A stretch of DNA of 60,794 nt, the filler included. It is 4 parts of 4 records of this genome, joined end to end, with 100 filler letters (N's around TTAATTAATTAA, not from the genome) between each part and the next. Parts side by side here need not be neighbours in the genome. Positions count along the whole stretch, not along the records: positions 55,739 to 60,794 come from SRR20825019_915; 3 more parts are not named here. One strand, 5' to 3'. The notes below the pieces were generated by a model, which was given only the letters and a program-made list of their open reading frames with translations, searched no databases and was not told where the DNA came from. Made by a program: the position numbers and the translations under genes. Shown in pieces: positions 58,153-60,794 of the stretch; position 1 is the first letter of the stretch, and each line of letters starts with the position of its first letter.

Positions 58153-60033
58153 TCATGAAGCGCGGCGGCTGGCCACCTCATAATTCTCATCACCATCATG
58201 AGCCGCCGCACTGAGGGCCGGGTCGGGGCGGTGCACGGCGCGGGTGATGTCGGCCAGTGCCAGCGTCAGGGCTGCCCAGCTCGGGGCGGTGGCGTAACGC
58301 GGCCGCCAGTCTGGGGCAAAGGCGGATTTGTACTGGCGCAGGCCGGTGCCACCACCGTGCCTCACCATTCGCAAACCAACCCAGCGCCACATGGCACTTG
58401 CAGGGGCTGGGCAGGCGGGTGTCGCGGCGAGGCTGACCTGTGCGATGCCTGCCGCGCGGGCCTGCCCAATCGCGGCATCGGTCAGCGCGAACATGGTGCC
58501 ATCCGGCAGATCATCCACATGCCGCACCAGATCAAGGCACCAGTCCTGCGCGCCCGTGTGAAAGGTGACAAAACCGACAAGCCGCCCGCGAACATAGGCC
58601 AGAACGCAGTGCTGCGCGCTGACATAACGTGCTTCGAACCGACCCATGGTGCCGCCCCGCGCAGTGCCGTGGCTGGCCTGCCATGCGGCATCGACACGCG
58701 CCATTTCCGCCAGCGGCAGATGGACGGGCTGACAGATGTCCACGCCTGCTTTCTCCGCGCTGCGCAGCTTGCGGCGCAGGCGACGATAGGCGGGGCGGCT
58801 GATGTCATAGGATACGGTGTCAATCACCGCCTCGTCGGCAATGTGCAGCACGGCCCAGCCGGACCTGCGCGCCACCACCGCCGTGCGGGCGGTGCATTTG
58901 TAAAAACTTGCCACGCGGCTTTGTTGGCGGGCCAGACGGTCCAAGGTGGTCAAGGCGGCCTCGGGCCTGCCTGCCAGCGGATCACCGAGGCTGGTCAGCG
59001 TCTGGCCCGTCGTCCACGCCACCACGCTTGCGCCCTGATGCGCAATCGCGCGGGCCGCGTTCTGGTGCATCACACCCAGTTCGGCACGGGGGGCGCTGTG
59101 CCGGTCAAAGGGCATGGACACACGTCGGTTCGTGCGTGCATCGCGCAAGGGCCGCAACAGCGCCATCGCCGCCAGCAGGGCGGGCAGGGCATAGTACACA
59201 ATGCGAAAGGCCACGATGCTGCCCAGCACGTCCGACGTCGGCAGATGCGGCAACAGACCCAGCATCATCAGCTCGAACGGACCAACCCCGCCGGGCGTGT
59301 TCGAGATCAGCGCCGTGCCAAGCGCGATCAGGAACAGCGGCAGAAATTGCGCAGGGCTGACCACGGCATCGGCAGGCAGCAGCACATAGAGCGCGCCGGC
59401 AGCGCAGAGCGTGTCGACCCCGGTCCATAGAACGATGGCAGCCGAGGCGGGCAGGGTGGGCAGGTGCACCGACCGGCCACGTATCCGCACCACGGGGCAA
59501 AAGAACTGCAGGCCCAACAACACCCCCGCCAGCACAAGTGCGACCAACGCAGGCCACAGCGTCCAGCCGGGCGCAGGCAGCAGCACACAGGCCACTGCGG
59601 TGACCACCGCCCAGCCGGCCAGAAACGAAACCGAGACAAAGGCGCTGAGCCGCAGTGCTTCGGTCAGGGTCAGATCGGACAGCAACCGCCAGCGCGCCAG
59701 CGCACCGGTCAACAGGCCCATCCCCAGCGACTGTGCCAAGGCAATCGACGCAGTGCCTGCCAGCCGTGCAGGCCGGTCGCGGATACCTGTGCCCAAATGC
59801 CGGTGCGCCACACTGTCGTAGCGACCCACAGCCCACAGGCTGATCACACTCAGACCCAGCGCCTGACACCAGATCGCGGCAGGGACCTCCGCCACGTGCG
59901 TCCAGATCGCACCGGATATCCCGGGGTCCAGCCGGTGCGACAGCGCGGACAGACACAGGCCCAGAACCACCGCAGGCACCAGCACCCGCAGCGTCATCTG
60001 CGCAATCGCATTTGAATTCAGAAATTGCAGCAT
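58153..60033 (-). CDS. MprF-like aminoacyl-phosphatidylglycerol synthase (TM domain + DUF2156)
   Basis: Multi-TM N-half with TPGGVGPFE and FRIVYY; C-terminal GDPL, LDLVRH..PDGTM and GLRQYKSAFAPDWRPRY. Start uncertain (60033 or 60108). Confidence 0.85.
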   Translation of the reverse strand: MLQFLNSNAIAQMTLRVLVPAVVLGLCLSALSHRLDPGISGAIWTHVAEVPAAIWCQALGLSVISLWAVGRYDSVAHRHLGTGIRDRPARLAGTASIALAQSLGMGLLTGALARWRLLSDLTLTEALRLSAFVSVSFLAGWAVVTAVACVLLPAPGWTLWPALVALVLAGVLLGLQFFCPVVRIRGRSVHLPTLPASAAIVLWTGVDTLCAAGALYVLLPADAVVSPAQFLPLFLIALGTALISNTPGGVGPFELMMLGLLPHLPTSDVLGSIVAFRIVYYALPALLAAMALLRPLRDARTNRRVSMPFDRHSAPRAELGVMHQNAARAIAHQGASVVAWTTGQTLTSLGDPLAGRPEAALTTLDRLARQQSRVASFYKCTARTAVVARRSGWAVLHIADEAVIDTVSYDISRPAYRRLRRKLRSAEKAGVDICQPVHLPLAEMARVDAAWQASHGTARGGTMGRFEARYVSAQHCVLAYVRGRLVGFVTFHTGAQDWCLDLVRHVDDLPDGTMFALTDAAIGQARAAGIAQVSLAATPACPAPASAMWRWVGLRMVRHGGGTGLRQYKSAFAPDWRPRYATAPSWAALTLALADITRAVHRPDPALSAAAHDGDENYEVASRRAS

Positions 60034-60108
60034 GTCGCATCGCCCCCGATTTGCCCCTGAGCACGGGACTACGCGATGGCGGCTGAGGACGGCGTTAACG
60101 ACGGACAC

Positions 60109-60138
60109 AAAAAAGGCGCGCAGCGGGGGCTGCGCGCC
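60109..60138 (-). terminator. Rho-independent terminator after the zeta gene
   Basis: On the minus strand: GGCGCGCAGC-CCCC-GCTGCGCGCC followed by TTTTTT. Confidence 0.85.
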
Positions 60139-60183
60139 GGATAACTGATGCGGGTTTGATTAAACCCGTGACCTAAATCACGA

Positions 60184-60504
60184 TCAGCTTTTGACTTCGG
60201 TCATGATCTGCGCCTTGGCTTCGGCCATCAGCTGGACCATCTTGGTGCGAATGGTGACTTCGTCAGCCTTGTCGCCCAGATCACCGGATACCTTGCGATA
60301 GACATCCTCGTCGCCCGCTTCCTCGAAGTCGGATTTCACGACCTCGACCGCATAGGCGTTGGCCGCATCCCCGGTCTTGCCCAGCAGTTCTGCCGCCCAG
60401 AGGCCCAGCAGTTTGTTGCGGCGGGCTTCGGCCTTGAACTGCATTTCTGCGTCATGGGCGTATTTGGATTCAAAGGCGTGCTCGCGGTCGTCAAAAGTGC
60501 TCAT
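60184..60504 (-). CDS. DUF1476 / F1Fo-ATPase inhibitor zeta subunit
   Basis: MSTFDDREHAFESKYAHDAEMQFKAEARRNKLLGLWAA matches the alphaproteobacterial zeta inhibitory N-terminus. Confidence 0.92.
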   Translation of the reverse strand: MSTFDDREHAFESKYAHDAEMQFKAEARRNKLLGLWAAELLGKTGDAANAYAVEVVKSDFEEAGDEDVYRKVSGDLGDKADEVTIRTKMVQLMAEAKAQIMTEVKS

Positions 60505-60669
60505 GGGCTTTCCTTCGGAACTGAATGGCGTCTTTTTGGAATATGCGGTGCTGATACGACCCTTACAAGGGCCACTTTAACGCGTGTTCCTTGCGGCAGT
60601 GCGCCCCTTGCACTAAGAGGACGCTAACGTGACAGGGACTCGGCCCCGTCAGCACCAAGGGGAACGTCA

Positions 60670-60794
60670 ATGGCGCGGCGCAAAAAGATTTACGAAGGCA
60701 AAGCCAAGATTTTGTATGAAGGCCCGGAGCCGGGCACGATCGTGCAGTATTTCAAGGATGATGCCACTGCGTTCAATGCGCAGAAAAAGGACGA
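60670..60794 (+). CDS. purC: SAICAR synthetase, 3' truncated
   Basis: [40 protein letters not shown]. Confidence 0.95.
   Translation, partial: MARRKKIYEGKAKILYEGPEPGTIVQYFKDDATAFNAQKKD

Noticed and set aside
57386-60064. Long antisense and alternate-frame ORFs over bmt and the MprF-like gene
   Set aside because: Shadow ORFs of high-GC coding sequence.

Overview
This window is four unrelated contigs joined by artificial 100-nt linkers (N44-TTAATTAATTAA-N44). Contigs 1 (1-21001) and 2 (21102-45587) come from a gene-dense, probably flagellated microbial eukaryote. Its introns are short (about 45-60 nt, GT-AG), divergent genes share very GC-rich promoter islands, and convergent genes are separated by tiny gaps. 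Its genes include an FG-nucleoporin, Pierce-like, RCC1-repeat, Kelch-SAM-kinase, CEP164-type WW, TBCA, NICN1, a ~2366-aa multi-TM receptor, Ariadne RBR ligase, DUF3522/CREST hydrolase, CEP89, USP20/33, a peroxisomal acyl-CoA synthetase, a secreted C-N hydrolase and a TPR protein. The best hidden element is an AhpC/Prx-like selenoprotein: its UxxC motif forms only after splicing, and it has a canonical type II SECIS in the 3' UTR. Contig 3 (45688-55638) is an AT-rich Rickettsiaceae-like bacterium (topA, Prx, rplT, rpmI, ABC ATPase, dksA, xerC, mnmE) with a candidate effector fusing an atypical PI-kinase-like domain to a Sca4/120-kDa-antigen-like domain. Contig 4 (55739-60794) is Rhodobacteraceae-like: split methionine synthase modules, a radical SAM gene preceded by a LexA box, an MprF-like gene, the ATP synthase zeta inhibitor and purC. 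All family calls are motif recognition by eye and eukaryotic exon structures were assembled by hand; no searches were run.
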